Counted from the whole stretch's first letter, positions 25,001 through 38,913 are shown. The stretch is 42,317 nt of DNA, filler included, from Yuukianura sp. NJ FZ-2021 (GCA_046563655.1; 2 parts of 2 records of this genome joined end to end with filler, not necessarily neighbours in it), one strand, 5' to 3'. Numbers and translations: made by a program. The notes: a model not told the origin generated them from the letters alone.

Positions 25001-25100
25001 NNNNNNNNNNNNNNNNNNNNNNNNNNNNNNNNNNNNNNNNNNNNTTAATTAATTAANNNNNNNNNNNNNNNNNNNNNNNNNNNNNNNNNNNNNNNNNNNN
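25001..25100. other. Assembly gap with artificial six-frame-stop linker
   Basis: 44 N + TTAATTAATTAA (25045-25056) + 44 N = exactly 100 bp. Confidence 0.95.
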
Positions 25101-28100
25101 AATAGTCGGTTTTTTCCCTGAAGTTCCATCGACGTGTGAGTTATCATGATTCATGGTGTCAAAGTGAGAACGCATGGTTTGCATGTGAAGTGAAGGCATG
25201 CTTGACACTTCACCGGCACTTCTAGTTTAAGCTCAAGGATGGAGGCTGACAACATGTTTTTCAACGTGTGATTTAGTCAGTTATGCACTACGACGAAGTG
25301 GACCGTTATTTGATGAATACCAAGAATTTTGGTATGAGCGGTAACAAGGCATAAATTCCATTTTTCAGAACGTTTAACACTTTGTTGTATAGTTTCAACC
25401 CTAAGTTAAACCTAAATCGTAGTTAGACTTATGCAGTTGTGGTATGGTGATGCTGTGCTAAATAACAATTTCAGACTATTGTTGGGCAGAAGTTTTCAGA
25501 CATGATGTATTTAATGTGCTAGTCGGTAGGAAATATAAAAAAGTATTTTCCAGAAATTTTATCCAAAAATGGCCAAAAATGCCGAATGTTCAATTTTGAT
25601 TTAGAAAATGTAATAGTCGGTTTTTCCTGAAGTTCCATCGACGTGTGAGTTATCATGATTCATGGTGTCAAAGTGAGAACTCATGGTTTGCATGTGAAGT
25701 GAAGGCATGCTTGACACTTCACCGGCACTTCTAGTTTAAGCTCAAGGATGGAGTCTGACAACATGTTTTTCAACGTGTGATTTAGTCAGTTATGCACTAC
25801 GACGAAGTGGACCATTATTTGATGAATACCAAGAATTTTGGTATGAGCGGTAACAAGGCATAAATTCCATTTTTCAGAACGTTTAACACCTTGTTGTATA
25901 GTGTCAACCCTAAGTTAAACCTAAATCGTAGTTAGACTTATGCACTTGTTGTATGGTGGAGCTGTGCTAAAATACAATTTTGGACTATTGTTATGCAGAA
26001 GTTTTCACACATGATCTATTTAATGTGCAAGTCGGTAGGAAATATAAAAAAGTATTTTCCAAAAATTGTATCCAGAAACGGCCAAAAATGCTGAATGTTC
26101 AATTTTGATTTAGAAAATGTAATAGTCGGTTTTTCCCTGAAGTTCCATCGACGTGTGAGTTATCATGGTTCATGGTGTCAAAGTGAGAACGCATGGTTTG
26201 CATGTGAAGTGAAGGCATGCTTGACACTTCACCGGCACTTCTAGTTTAAGCTCAAGGATGGAGTCTGACAACATGTTTTTCAACGTGTGATTTAGTCAGT
26301 TATGCACTACGACGAAGTGGACCGTTATTTGATGAATACCAAGAATTTTGGTATGAGCGGTAACAAGGCATAAATTCCATTTTTCAGAACGTTTAACACC
26401 TTGTTGTATAGTTTCAACCCTAAGTTAAACCTAAATCGTAGTTAGAATTATGCACTTGTGGTATGGTGATGCTGTGCTAAATAACAATTTCAGACTATTG
26501 TTGGGCAGAAGTTTTCAGACATTTAATGTGCTAGTCGGTAGGAAATATAAAAAAGTATTTTCCAAAAATTTTATCCAAAAATGGCCAAAAATGCTGAATG
26601 TTCAATTTTGATTTAGAAAATGTAATAGTCGGTTTTTCCCTGAAGTTCCATCGACGTGTGAGTTATCATGATTCATGGTGTCAAAGTGAGAACTCATGGT
26701 TTGCATGTGAAGTGAAGGCATGCTTGACACTTCACCGGCACTTCTAGTTTAAGCTCAAGGATGGAGTCTGACAACATGTTTTTCAACGTGTGATTTAGTC
26801 AGTTATGCACTACGACGAAGTGACCGTTATTTGATGAATACCAAGAATTTTGGTATGAGCGGTAACAAGGCATAAATTCCATTTTTCAGAACGTTTAACA
26901 CCTTGTTGTAAAGTTTCAACCCTAAGTTAAACCTAAATCGTAGTTAGACTTATGCACTTGTGGTATGGTGATGCTGTGCTAAAATACAATTTCGGACTAT
27001 TGTTGGGCAGAAGTTTTCAGACATGATCTATTTAATGTGCAAGTCGGTAGGAAATATAAAAAAGTATTTTCCAAAATTTCTATTCAGAAATGGCCAAAAA
27101 TGCTGAATGTTCAATTTTGATTTAGAAAATGTAATAGTCGGTTTTTCCCTGAAGTTCCATCGACGTGTGAGTTATCATGATTCATGGTGTCAAAGTGAGA
27201 ACGCATGGTTTGCATGTGAAGTGAAGGCATGCTTGACACTTCACCGGCACTTCTAGTTTAAGCTCAAGGATGGAGGCTGACAACATGTTTTTCAACGTGT
27301 GATTTAGTCAGTTATGCACTACGACGAAGTGGACCGTTATTTGATGAATACCAAGAATTTTGGTATGAGCGGTAACAAGGCATAAATTCCATTTTTCAGA
27401 ACGTTTAACACTTTGTTGTATAGTTTCAACCCTAAGTTAAACCTAAATCGTAGTTAGACTTATGCAGTTGTGGTATGGTGATGCTGTGCTAAATAACAAT
27501 TTCAGACTATTGTTGGGCAGAAGTTTTCAGACATGATGTATTTAATGTGCTAGTCGGTAGGAAATATAAAAAAGTATTTTCCAGAAATTTTATCCAAAAA
27601 TGGCCAAAAATGCCGAATGTTCAATTTTGATTTAGAAAATGTAATAGTCGGTTTTTCCCTGAAGTTCCATCGACGTGTGAGTTATCATGATTCATGGTGT
27701 CAAAGTGAGAACTCATGGTTTGCATGTGAAGTGAAGGCATGCTTGACACTTCACCGGCACTTCTAGTTTAAGCTCAAGGATGGAGTCTGACAACATGTTT
27801 TTCAACGTGTGATTTAGTCAGTTATGCACTACGACGAAGTGGACCATTATTTGATGAATACCAAGAATTTTGGTATGAGCGGTAACAAGGCATAAATTCC
27901 ATTTTTCAGAACGTTTAACACCTTGTTGTATAGTGTCAACCCTAAGTTAAACCTAAATCGTAGTTAGACTTATGCACTTGTTGTATGGTGGAGCTGTGCT
28001 AAAATACAATTTTGGACTATTGTTATGCAGAAGTTTTCACACATGATCTATTTAATGTGCAAGTCGGTAGGAAATATAAAAAAGTATTTTCCAAAAATTG

Positions 28101-31100
28101 TATCCAGAAACGGCCAAAAATGCTGAATGTTCAATTTTGATTTAGAAAATGTAATAGTCGGTTTTTCCCTGAAGTTCCATCGACGTGTGAGTTATCATGG
28201 TTCATGGTGTCAAAGTGAGAACGCATGGTTTGCATGTGAAGTGAAGGCATGCTTGACACTTCACCGGCACTTCTAGTTTAAGCTCAAGGATGGAGTCTGA
28301 CAACATGTTTTTCAACGTGTGATTTAGTCAGTTATGCACTACGACGAAGTGGACCGTTATTTGATGAATACCAAGAATTTTGGTATGAGCGGTAACAAGG
28401 CATAAATTCCATTTTTCAGAACGTTTAACACCTTGTTGTATAGTTTCAACCCTAAGTTAAACCTAAATCGTAGTTAGACTTATGCACTTGTGGTATGGTG
28501 ATGCTGTGCTAAATAACAATTTCAGACTATTGTTGGGCAGAAGTTTTCAGACATGATGTATTTAATGTGCTAGTCGGTAGGAAATATAAAAAAGTATTTT
28601 CCAGAAATTGTATCCAGAAACGGCCAAAAATGCTGAATGTTCAATTTTGATTTAGAAAATGTAATAGTCGGTTTTTCCCTGAAGTTCCATCGACGTGTGA
28701 GTTATCATGATTCATGGTGTCAAAGTGAGAACGCATGGTTTGCATGTGAAGTGAAGGCATGCTTGACACTTCACCGGCACTTCTAGTTTAAGCTCAAGGA
28801 TGGAGTCTGACAACATGTTTTTCAACGTGTGATTTAGTCAGTTATGCACTACGACGAAGTGGACCATTATTTGATGAATACCAAGAATTTTGGTATGAGC
28901 GGTAACAAGGCATAAATTCCATTTTTCAGAACGTTTAACACCTTGTTGTAAAGTTTCAACCCTAAGTTAAACCTAAATCGTAGTTAGACTTATGCACTTG
29001 TGGTATGGTGATGCTGTGCTAAAATACAATTTCGGACTATTGTTGGGCAGAAGTTTCCAGACATGATCTATTTAATGTGCAAGTCGGTAGGAAATATAAA
29101 AGTATTTTCCAAAATTTCTATTCAGAAATGGCCAAAAATGCTGAATGTTCAATTTTGATTTAGAAAATGTAATAGTCGGTTTTTCCCTGAAGTTCCATCG
29201 ACGTGTGAGTTATCATGATTCATGGTGTCAAAGTGAGAACGCATGGTTTGCATCTGAAGTGAAGGCATGCTTGACACTTCACCGGCACTTCTAGTTTAAG
29301 CTCAAAGATGGAGGCTGACATGTTTTTCAACGTGTGATTTAGTCAGTTATGCACTACGAGGAAGTGGACCGTTATTTGATGAATACCAAGAATTTTGGTA
29401 TGAGCGGTAACAAGGCATAAATTCCATTTTTCAAAACGTTTAACACCTTGTTGTAAAGTTTCAACCCTAAGTTAAACCTAAATCGTAGTTAGACTTATGC
29501 ACTTGTGGTATGGTGATGCTGTGCTAAAATACAATTTCGGACTATTGTTGGGCAGAAGTTTTCAGACATGATCTATTTAATGTGCAAGTCGGTAGGAAAT
29601 ATAAAAAAGTATTTTCCAAAATTTCTATTCAGAAATGGCCAAAAATGCTGAATGTTCAATTTTGATTTAGAAAATGTAATAGTCGGTTTTTCCCTGAAGT
29701 TCCATCGACGTGTGAGTTATCATGATTCATGGTGTCAAAGTGAGAACGCATGGTTTGCATCTGAAGTGAAGGCATGCTTGACACTTCACCGGCACTTCTA
29801 GTTTAAGCTCAAAGATGGAGGCTGACAACATGTTTTTCAACGTGTGATTTAGTCAGTTATGCACTACGACGAAGTGGACCGTTATTTGATGAATACCAAG
29901 AATTTTGGTATGAGCGGTAACAAGGCATAAATTCCATTTTTCAGAACGTTTAACACTTTGTTGTATAGTTTCAACCCTAAGTTAAACCTAAATCGTAGTT
30001 AGACTTATGCAGTTGTGGTATGGTGATGCTGTGCTAAATAACAATTTCAGACTATTGTTGGGCAGAAGTTTTCAGACATGATGTATTTAATGTGCTAGTC
30101 GGTAGGAAATATAAAAAAGTATTTTCCAGAAATTTTATCCAAAAATGGCCAAAAATGCCGAATGTTCAATTTTGATTTAGAAAATGTAATAGTCGGTTTT
30201 TCCCTGAAGTTCCATCGACGTGTGAGTTATCATGATTCATGGTGTCAAAGTGAGAACTCATGGTTTGCATGTGAAGTGAAGGCATGCTTGACACTTCACC
30301 GGCACTTCTAGTTTAAGCTCAAGGATGGAGTCTGACAACATGTTTTTCAACGTGTGATTTAGTCAGTTATGCACTACGACGAAGTGGACCATTATTTGAT
30401 GAATACCAAGAATTTTGGTATGAGCGGTAACAAGGCATAAATTCCATTTTTCAGAACGTTTAACACCTTGTTGTATAGTGTCAACCCTAAGTTAAACCTA
30501 AATCGTAGTTAGACTTATGCACTTGTTGTATGGTGGAGCTGTGCTAAAATACAATTTTGGACTATTGTTATGCAGAAGTTTTCACACATGATCTATTTAA
30601 TGTGCAAGTCGGTAGGAAATATAAAAGTATTTTCCAAAAATTGTATCCAGAAACGGCCAAAAATGCTGAATGTTCAATTTTGATTTAGAAAATGTAATAG
30701 TCGGTTTTTCCCTGAAGTTCCATCGACGTGTGAGTTATCATGGTTCATGGTGTCAAAGTGAGAACGCATGGTTTGCATGTGAAGTGAAGGCATGCTTGAC
30801 ACTTCACCGGCACTTCTAGGTTAAGCTCAAGGATGGAGTCTGACAACATGTTTTTCAACGTGTGATTTAGTCAGTTATGCACTACGACGAAGTGGACCGT
30901 TATTTGATGAATACCAAGAATTTTGGTATGAGCGGTAACAAGGCATAAATTCCATTTTTCAGAACGTTTAACACCTTGTTGTATAGTTTCAACCCTAAGT
31001 TAAACCTAAATCGTAGTTAGACTTATGCACTTGTGGTATGGTGATGCTGTGCTAAATAACAATTTCAGACTATTGTTGGGCAGAAGTTTTCAGACATGAT

Positions 31101-33258
31101 GTATTTAATGTGCTAGTCGGTAGGAAATATAAAAAAGTATTTTCCAGAAATTGTATCCAGAAACGGCCAAAAATGCTGAATGTTCAATTTTGATTTAGAA
31201 AATGTAATAGTCGGTTTTTCCCTGAAGTTCCATCGACGTGTGAGTTATCATGATTCATGGTGTCAAAGTGAGAACGCATGGTTTGCATGTGAAGTGAAGG
31301 CATGCTTGACACTTCACCGGCACTTCTAGTTTAAGCTCAAGGATGGAGTCTGACAACATGTTTTTCAACGTGTGATTTAGTCAGTTATGCACTACGACGA
31401 AGTGGACCATTATTTGATGAATACCAAGAATTTTGGTATGAGCGGTAACAAGGCATAAATTCCATTTTTCAGAACGTTTAACACCTTGTTGTAAAGTTTC
31501 AACCCTAAGTTAAACCTAAATCGTAGTTAGACTTATGCACTTGTGGTATGGTGATGCTGTGCTAAAATACAATTTCGGACTATTGTTGGGCAGAAGTTTC
31601 CAGACATGATCTATTTAATGTGCAAGTCGGTAGGAAATATAAAAAAGTATTTTCCAAAATTTCTATTCAGAAATGGCCAAAAATGCTGAATGTTCAATTT
31701 TGATTTAGAAAATGTAATAGTCGGTTTTTCCCTGAAGTTCCATCGACGTGTGAGTTATCATGATTCATGGTGTCAAAGTGAGAACGCATGGTTTGCATCT
31801 GAAGTGAAGGCATGCTTGACACTTCACCGGCACTTCTAGTTTAAGCTCAAAGATGGAGGCTGACATGTTTTTCAACGTGTGATTTAGTCAGTTATGCACT
31901 ACGAGGAAGTGGACCGTTATTTGATGAATACCAAGAATTTTGGTATGAGCGGTAACAAGGCATAAATTCCATTTTTCAAAACGTTTAACACCTTGTTGTA
32001 AAGTTTCAACCCTAAGTTAAACCTAAATCGTAGTTAGACTTATGCACTTGTGGTATGGTGATGCTGTGCTAAAATACAATTTCGGACTATTGTTGGGCAG
32101 AAGTTTTCAGACATGATCTATTTAATGTGCAAGTCGGTAGGAAATATAAAAAAGTATTTTCCAAAATTTCTATTCAGAAATGGCCAAAAATGCTGAATGT
32201 TCAATTTTGATTTAGAAAATGTTATAGTCGGTTTTTCCCTGAAGTTCCATCGACGTGTGAGTTATCATGATTCATGGTGTCAAAGTGAGAACGCATGGTT
32301 TGCATCTGAAGTGAAGGCATGCTTGACACTTCACCGGCACTTCTAGTTTAAGCTCAAAGATGGAGGCTGACATGTTTTTCAACGTGTGATTTAGTCAGTT
32401 GTGCACTACGACGAAGTGGACCGTTATTTGATGAATACCAAGAATTTTGGTATGAGCGGTAACAAGGCATAAATTCCATTTTTCAGAACGTTTAACACCT
32501 TGTTGTATAGTGTCAACCCTAAGTTAAACCTAAATCGTAGTTAGACTTATGCACTTGTTGTATGGTGGAGTTGTGCTAAATAACAATTTCAGACTATTGT
32601 TGGGCAGAAGTTTTCAGACATGATGTATTTAATGTGCTAGTCGGTAGGAAATATAAAAAAGTATTTTCCAAAAATTTTATCCAAAAATGGCCAAAAATGC
32701 TGAATGTTCAATTTTGATTTAGAAAATGTAATAGTCGGTTTTTCCCTGAAGTTCCATCGACGTGTGAGTTATCATGATTCATGGTGTCAAAGTGAGAACG
32801 CATCGTTTGCATCTGAAGTGAAGGCATGCTTGACACTTCACCGGCACTTCTAGTTTAAGCTCAAAGATGGAGGCTGACATGTTTTTCAACGTGTGATGTA
32901 GTCAGTTATGCACTACGAGGAAGTGGACCGTTATTTGATGAATACCAAGAATTTTGGTATGAGCGGTAACAAGGCATAAATTCCATTTTTCAGAACGTTT
33001 AACACCTTGTTGTATACTGTCAACCCTAAGTTAAACCTAAATCGTAGTTAGACTTATGCACTTGTTGTATGGTGGAGTTGTGCTAAATAACAATTTCAGA
33101 CTATTGTTGGGCAGAAGTTTTCAGACATGATGTATTTAATGTGCTAGTCGGTAGGAAATATAAAAAAGTATTTTCCAAAATTTCTATTCAGAAATGACCA
33201 AAAATGCTGAATGTTCAACTTTGATTTAGAAAATGTAATAGTCGGTTTTTCCCTGAAG
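25101..33258. repeat. Satellite, ~510-bp unit, 16 copies plus a ~22-bp partial
   Basis: AATAGTCGGTTTTTCCCTGAAGTTCCATCG recurs every ~503-511 bp from 25101; last partial copy starts ~33237; no ORFs >=60 aa. Confidence 0.97.
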
Positions 33259-33589
33259 AGTAGTAATCACGTAGGGACTACTACCAAAAAACGTAAACAA
33301 AACATGACCTCGTTTTTCGAAATGAACTCTGTCAGTACATGTGCACTGACGGAGTTGACGAGACAATGATTATGATGTCATCAATTTTCCCACACGAGGC
33401 TGCCTCTGTGAGATCCACCATCCTCCCTCTCACACAAATTCTTTTGTACTTAAGAGTTGGGAGGAAACCAGGAGGGGAGATTGACTGCATTTTCATTACT
33501 TTGCTCCAAACTTACCATTAGGCAAATGCATGCAAGTGGGTGAGTTTAGTTGATTACCAACTTAGAAGCAGTGTACATATACAACGAAA

Positions 33590-36500
33590 ATGTCGGGTTA
33601 CAATAAGTCGATTTTGTATACGTGTGAAAGATGTGCGTTAGGAAACTTAAGTGCACCAGAGTTCTTGAATCATGTCCAAAGGACTCATCCTGACATTGAA
33701 ATCCCAGGTAATTTTAGTACAATAGCATGTTGTAACGATATTGTTAAAACAAAATCTTTGTACATTAGGCGAACTGTTACAAGACGATCAGATTCAAGAT
33801 TTGTCGCACATTAGTTGCACTTTTCAGGATGTTGAAATTCAAGGTATGTTTAGAACAATAGCAGACTAATCGATGAATATTAACCAATGTTGATAGAAAG
33901 TGGTTGTACAATTTACCTTTTGTTACAAGGTGTCCGAGTTGAAGATAATCGCGCGAGGGAAACATTTTGCGAAAGACTGTTCGGCTGCGAAACTTGTAAC
34001 ATACGAGGACTTAGAGAGCGAGACTTTATAAGTCATATGGAGCAAGTTCATCCAAGCATTCAATTGCCATGTAAGAAAAGTTGTAATTATATGAAATTTT
34101 TGTTTGAGATGACATTCATCTTGTTTATTTTACGATCAGCTGGTTCAAGAAGTTCAAGGTCGCCAGGTATTCCGAGGCCGCAGCAGGTTGTTGAACACCT
34201 TCGGAACGAAATAGAAGGTAAGCTGCAAATTATTATATTTTGTATTAAATTTTCGTGAAACGTATTTGTTTTGTATGAAATGACAGATCCTGAGGTTTTG
34301 GAATTACAAAACTACCAGAGGCGGTTTTGCGCCCAATGCGGAATAAACTTTGAATTTCCGGGACATTTAGATGAACACCAATTCAACGTTCATCCCGAAA
34401 TTTATGTTCGAAATGTTACTCCAAATCAGCAGGGTGGTTGTGCTGCATTCAACCGCGTACCTTTTGATGAAGTGGTAGCTTTTGGAGGTACAACTCGCGA
34501 GTATACGGCTAGATTTGAGGAAAATGTGTTTGTGGACGTGCGTGGCGTGTTTTCACATTGCTCAGCGACCTTGAGGGAGTTGATGACAAGGATTCACGAT
34601 GAAATTGGCTCGTATTTAGTGACAAGTGTTGCACTTGTAGAAATGACACGAGAACTGCGTTATAATCCGGATGAACATCAGGTGGAAGACTTCCCATTTC
34701 GTTCTTTTGCACATGTCTGTCTGCAACCACGGATGATAGAAAACGCAAATTCGGTTGATGTCAAACAAAATTGGAGACACAATAGCAGTATTTCTGCGGA
34801 AGGGATCTGGGTGGAAAGTTAGCCGGTTCAAATGGATTACCTTCAAGTTTTCTGTTTACCAAATCCAACGAGGACGCGGTTGGATCCCCACGCCAGCAAG
34901 TATAAGACGCAAGTGTTGCATTGTGAATATTAGAAATGTTGACGAATTCTGCTTCAAGTATGCCATTTTGTCCGAATTATATCCGTTATATAAGAATGGA
35001 TCAACTCCGTGGTACCATGTCGTTAACCCCAGAAGCTACGACAATGTTCCAAACACTGTGGACTGGGACTGCGTCAACTTTCCGATGGACCTAGACCAAA
35101 TGGACAAGTTTCACCACTTTAATCCTAAATTGTCAGTGAATGTGTATGGGTATGAACACAGAGATGAGTTGGATCCGAATTACGCGAAACAGAAGCTGAA
35201 AGTGTTTCCACTTCATGTATGTCAAGAAAAGAGGGAAAAGCACATTGATTTATTATTACTCATAGACGGAAGTGATTCGCATTTCGTTTTGCTTAAACAA
35301 ACGGACGAAAATCCATCTTTTGGGTTATCTCGCCTTCTGGGAAGCAAGTGCGTGCTGAAAAGTTTATCTGCAATTTTTGTCTCCACTACTGGCGATCAAA
35401 GGAGACACTGGACAGACATAAAATTTTCTGTGCCGCAGTAGAACCACAGGGTGTGTGCTTTCCACCAGAATTCAAGTACACATTTCAAGCACATTCGCCA
35501 CACACTACCTGTGTCTTTTGTCATTGTTTGTGACTTTGAGTGCATTTTACGACAAGAATGTGGAACAATGTGAATTGGAAATGTGCTGAATGAACACGTT
35601 GACTTTGGCTACAGTTTTGTGATTCTAGGACCAACCGGGAGGATGTGCGAGGAACCATTGACCTTTTGTGGTCGAAACGCTGCTCAGCATTTACTCGAAG
35701 ATTTGGTGAATATTACTGAACCATATTTTATAAAATTGAAACAAGATGTTGGACGTGACCCATCATACACTGAAATCGATTTTTATAATTCGAGAACCGC
35801 AGCCACAAACTGCATCCACTGTGGTGTTCAGTTTCAAAATGTGAGAGACACAGTGATTGACCATTGTCACCTCACGGGACGTATACGAGGAGTGAGTTGT
35901 AACAATTGCAACTTACAACTTCAAGTCACCAAAAAAATCCCCATCGTTTTTCACAATTTTCGAAACTATGACTCTCACTTTATAGTTCAAGCGTTGAAAA
36001 GCAACTTGTTCAAACATGTTTTACCCCTACCTACGTCAGAAGAAAAGTTTACATCAATGGAGTGTACAACTCATGCCGGAAATGCTCTCAAGTTTATAGA
36101 CTCTTATCAGTTTATCAGTTCCAGCTTGGCAGACTTGGTGGAAATGATGGCGAAAAAGGATGTGAATAAGTTCCAAGTGACCAAAGGTGCATTTCGTCAT
36201 CATCCAGGAGCAATGTCTTTTCTGCTTCAAAAGGGGGTCTACCCATACGAGTACATGGACAGTTTTGAAAAGATGGATGAGACTGGACTGCCCGACAAGG
36301 AAGCATTCTACAGTAAACTGAGACGAGAAGGAATTTCCGACGAAGATTACGAAAGAGCACTGAAGGTGTGGGAAGAGTTCGGATGTAGTACCTTGAGAGA
36401 TTATCACAACCTTTATGTGAAGTTGGACGTTTGCTTGTTGGCAGATTGTTTCCAGGACTTTGAGAGATACGATGATTACAAATTTCCGCTTAGACCCCGC

Positions 36501-38101
36501 TCATTACGTGACCCTTCCAGGAATTGCATACGATGCTGCAATGTTGGATTGGAAGAGTCGATTATGACTACTTGAAAGTGGATGACATGTACATGTGGTG
36601 TGAGAGGGGAATTCGTGGTGGAAATTGTGCTGTGGGGCTTCGATATGCAAAAGCAAACAATCCTTACATGGGAGCTCAATACGACCCGTCGAAACCACTA
36701 AGCTACTTGTGCTTGTTGGACGCCAATCTTCTCTACAGCACATGTTTGAGATGCTTTGTTCCTTGGAAGAATTTCCGCTGGGATCCGAGCTTTGAAGCAC
36801 GAACCGCAGATTTGGAGAGTGCAGTTGCAAGAATTTTGAGGATGGGAGATGAGGAGAGAGAAGAGCTCGTTTTGGAAGTTGACTTGGACTATCCAGATGA
36901 ACTGCATGATCAGCACAATGACTATCCACTGGCAGTAGAACGAGGAATGATTGAATATGAAAACTTGCCCCCCTACACAAAAAACGTGATGGAAAATTTG
37001 GGTGTTAGACCGACCTCAGTCAACAAATCGAAACTGATGGGCACCTTTTACCCAAAAAAAATTACATTATCCACTACAGACTGCTCAAGTTGTTTTTGCA
37101 GTTGGGACTCAAGTTGACAAAAATCCACCGAGGTCTTCGTTTCACACAAGCACCACTTATGTGAGCACCCCTACATTGAAATGTGCATCGAGAGAAGGAG
37201 AAGTGCCACGAATCCGGTTGATGTGAAATTTTGGAAAGCGATGGGAAACATTGTGTTTGGGAAACTGTTGCAAAATGTTCGAAAGCACAAGAGAATCAAC
37301 ATTGCGCTGACTCGTCAAAAAGTTTTCGAGTATGGAAAAAAACCAACTGTGAAACGTTTCAAAATTTTACACGAAGAGTGTGTTTTGTTCATGATGAAAA
37401 AGCTTTCAGTATGTTTAAATAAGCACATAAGTGCTGGACTTACAGTTTTGGATGACAGCAAACGAATCATGTACGATTTCTACTACAATGTCATGCCGAA
37501 AAAGTATGGCGAAAACATGAGACTGGTTATGACGGACACGGACAGTCTCCTGTTGCACATCAAGACTCCAGATCTCTACCAAGACTTTTACCAAATGACC
37601 CAAGATCCAGACTGCCGACTCGACACTTCCAACTATGATCCCAAGCATCCAACCCTCGGACACTTGTCTTCCCAGCAACATCAAGGAAAGTGTGGCTACT
37701 TCAAGGACGAATTTGCCAATTCAATTGTAACTGAGGTTGTTGCACTCAAGCCAAAACTGTACTGCGTCCGCTCTCTGGACCAGAATAACATCGTCTCGGA
37801 CCGAAAAAAGCCAAGGGCACGGTGAGAGCTGCGGTGAGGAATCAACTTCCGTTTTGATGACTATCTTCGTGTGCTGGATGAGTCATCTTCACTCAGTGTT
37901 AGGATGACCACAATTCGAAGTTTGGACCACCGAGTTTACACAACGACCGTATGCAAGCAGAGCCTTGCTGCATTGGAGGACAAGTCTGGCTACTACATCT
38001 CCCCAATCGAGTCTCTCCGATTTGGTCACTACCAAATCCCAATGTACCAACAAGAAGAAGAAGAAGAACAACAACAAGACGAACAAATGCAACAAGTTTA
38101 A
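33590..38101 (+). pseudogene. polB: Protein-primed family B DNA polymerase with spliced three-finger C2H2 leader and endonuclease VII-like insert; several frameshifts
   Basis: Exons 33590-33707, 33769-33843, 33930-34070, 34140-34217, 34287 onward. Motifs: GSGW, NIRNVDEFCF, ExoI VIVCDFE (~35520), CIHC..DHCHLTGRIRGVSCNNCN, ExoII HNFRNYD, KGVYPY, ExoIII YVKLDV, GIRGG, A LDANLLY, B KAMGNIVFGK, C TDTDS, GYFKDE, LKPKLY, terminal RFGHY. Confidence 0.95.
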
Positions 38102-38195
38102 GTTATTATTTAAGCCAATTAAATAAAAATTTAAATTTTAGTTTGAATTTAACCGTTTGACCAAACACAAGTGTTTTTTTTAAGTTGTAGTAGAG

Positions 38196-38854
38196 ATGAG
38201 TTTTCATTTCGGGCTGAGTCATCCGTTTGTGATGGTTTGTGCAGGAGCCACGCAATCTGGAAAGAGTACATTAATTCATCAATTAATTTTGAGAAAGGAT
38301 GAAGTGATTGAGCCTAAAATTGAAGCGAGTAATCTATTGCTACGGCGAAGATTTGCCTTCGTTTGCAAGTTCTGTGCATGAAGCTTTCAAGGACAAGGAG
38401 GACGTTTGTGTTGAATTTCAAAAGGGTATGGAGGTGGAGGTGGCCGAGGGAAACCGAGTTCCCACTCTCGTTATTCTCGACGACTTTATGGAAGAGATTG
38501 CAATGTCCAAGGACGTTTGCACAATGGTGACACGAGGGAGTCATCACAGATCAATGTCTCTAATCATTACAATGCAAAACTTTTTCTACAAAAACTGTAG
38601 AAACTTGACGTTAAACAGCAAATATTTGGCGTTATTTCGAAATCCCGAAAGACTCTACAATTATTCAGTTTCTGGGAAGACAAATGAACAATGGAAAAAG
38701 TCATCCCGTCCTTGAAGCTGCATACGAGGACGCAACAAAAAACAAGCCAAACAGTTACTTGTTTATGGACTTGAGTCAACAGCAGGATGATGAACACCGT
38801 TTCCGTTCAAATCTTTTTCCCGACCCATCATGCATCGTCTATTTGAAAAAATAG
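38196..38854 (+). pseudogene. A32/FtsK-like DNA packaging ATPase, frameshifted
   Basis: Walker A GATQSGKST, Walker B LVILDD, RGSHH..IITMQN, YLALFRNP and C-terminal YLFMDLSQ..RFRSNLF ending TAG 38852-38854; frameshifts near 38322 and 38650. Confidence 0.9.
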
Positions 38855-38913
38855 ATTCAAGGTAACTTACCCCTCAAGTTCGTTTGAGTTCAAGTAGTCC
38901 TTGAACTAGACAG

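Noticed and set aside
9694..25056. Many recurring 60-118 aa ORFs on both strands
   Set aside because: By-products of the satellite: overlapping frames, non-ATG starts, ends shift with indels, no domain signatures.
25045..25056. TTAATTAATTAA palindrome
   Set aside because: Centred in Ns; scaffolding linker, not biological.
33339..33521. 60-aa ORF near the element end
   Set aside because: No motif; lies in the presumed terminal repeat/promoter region upstream of PolB.
34509..38797. Minus-strand ORFs over PolB and ATPase
   Set aside because: Antisense shadows; the conserved motifs are on the + strand.
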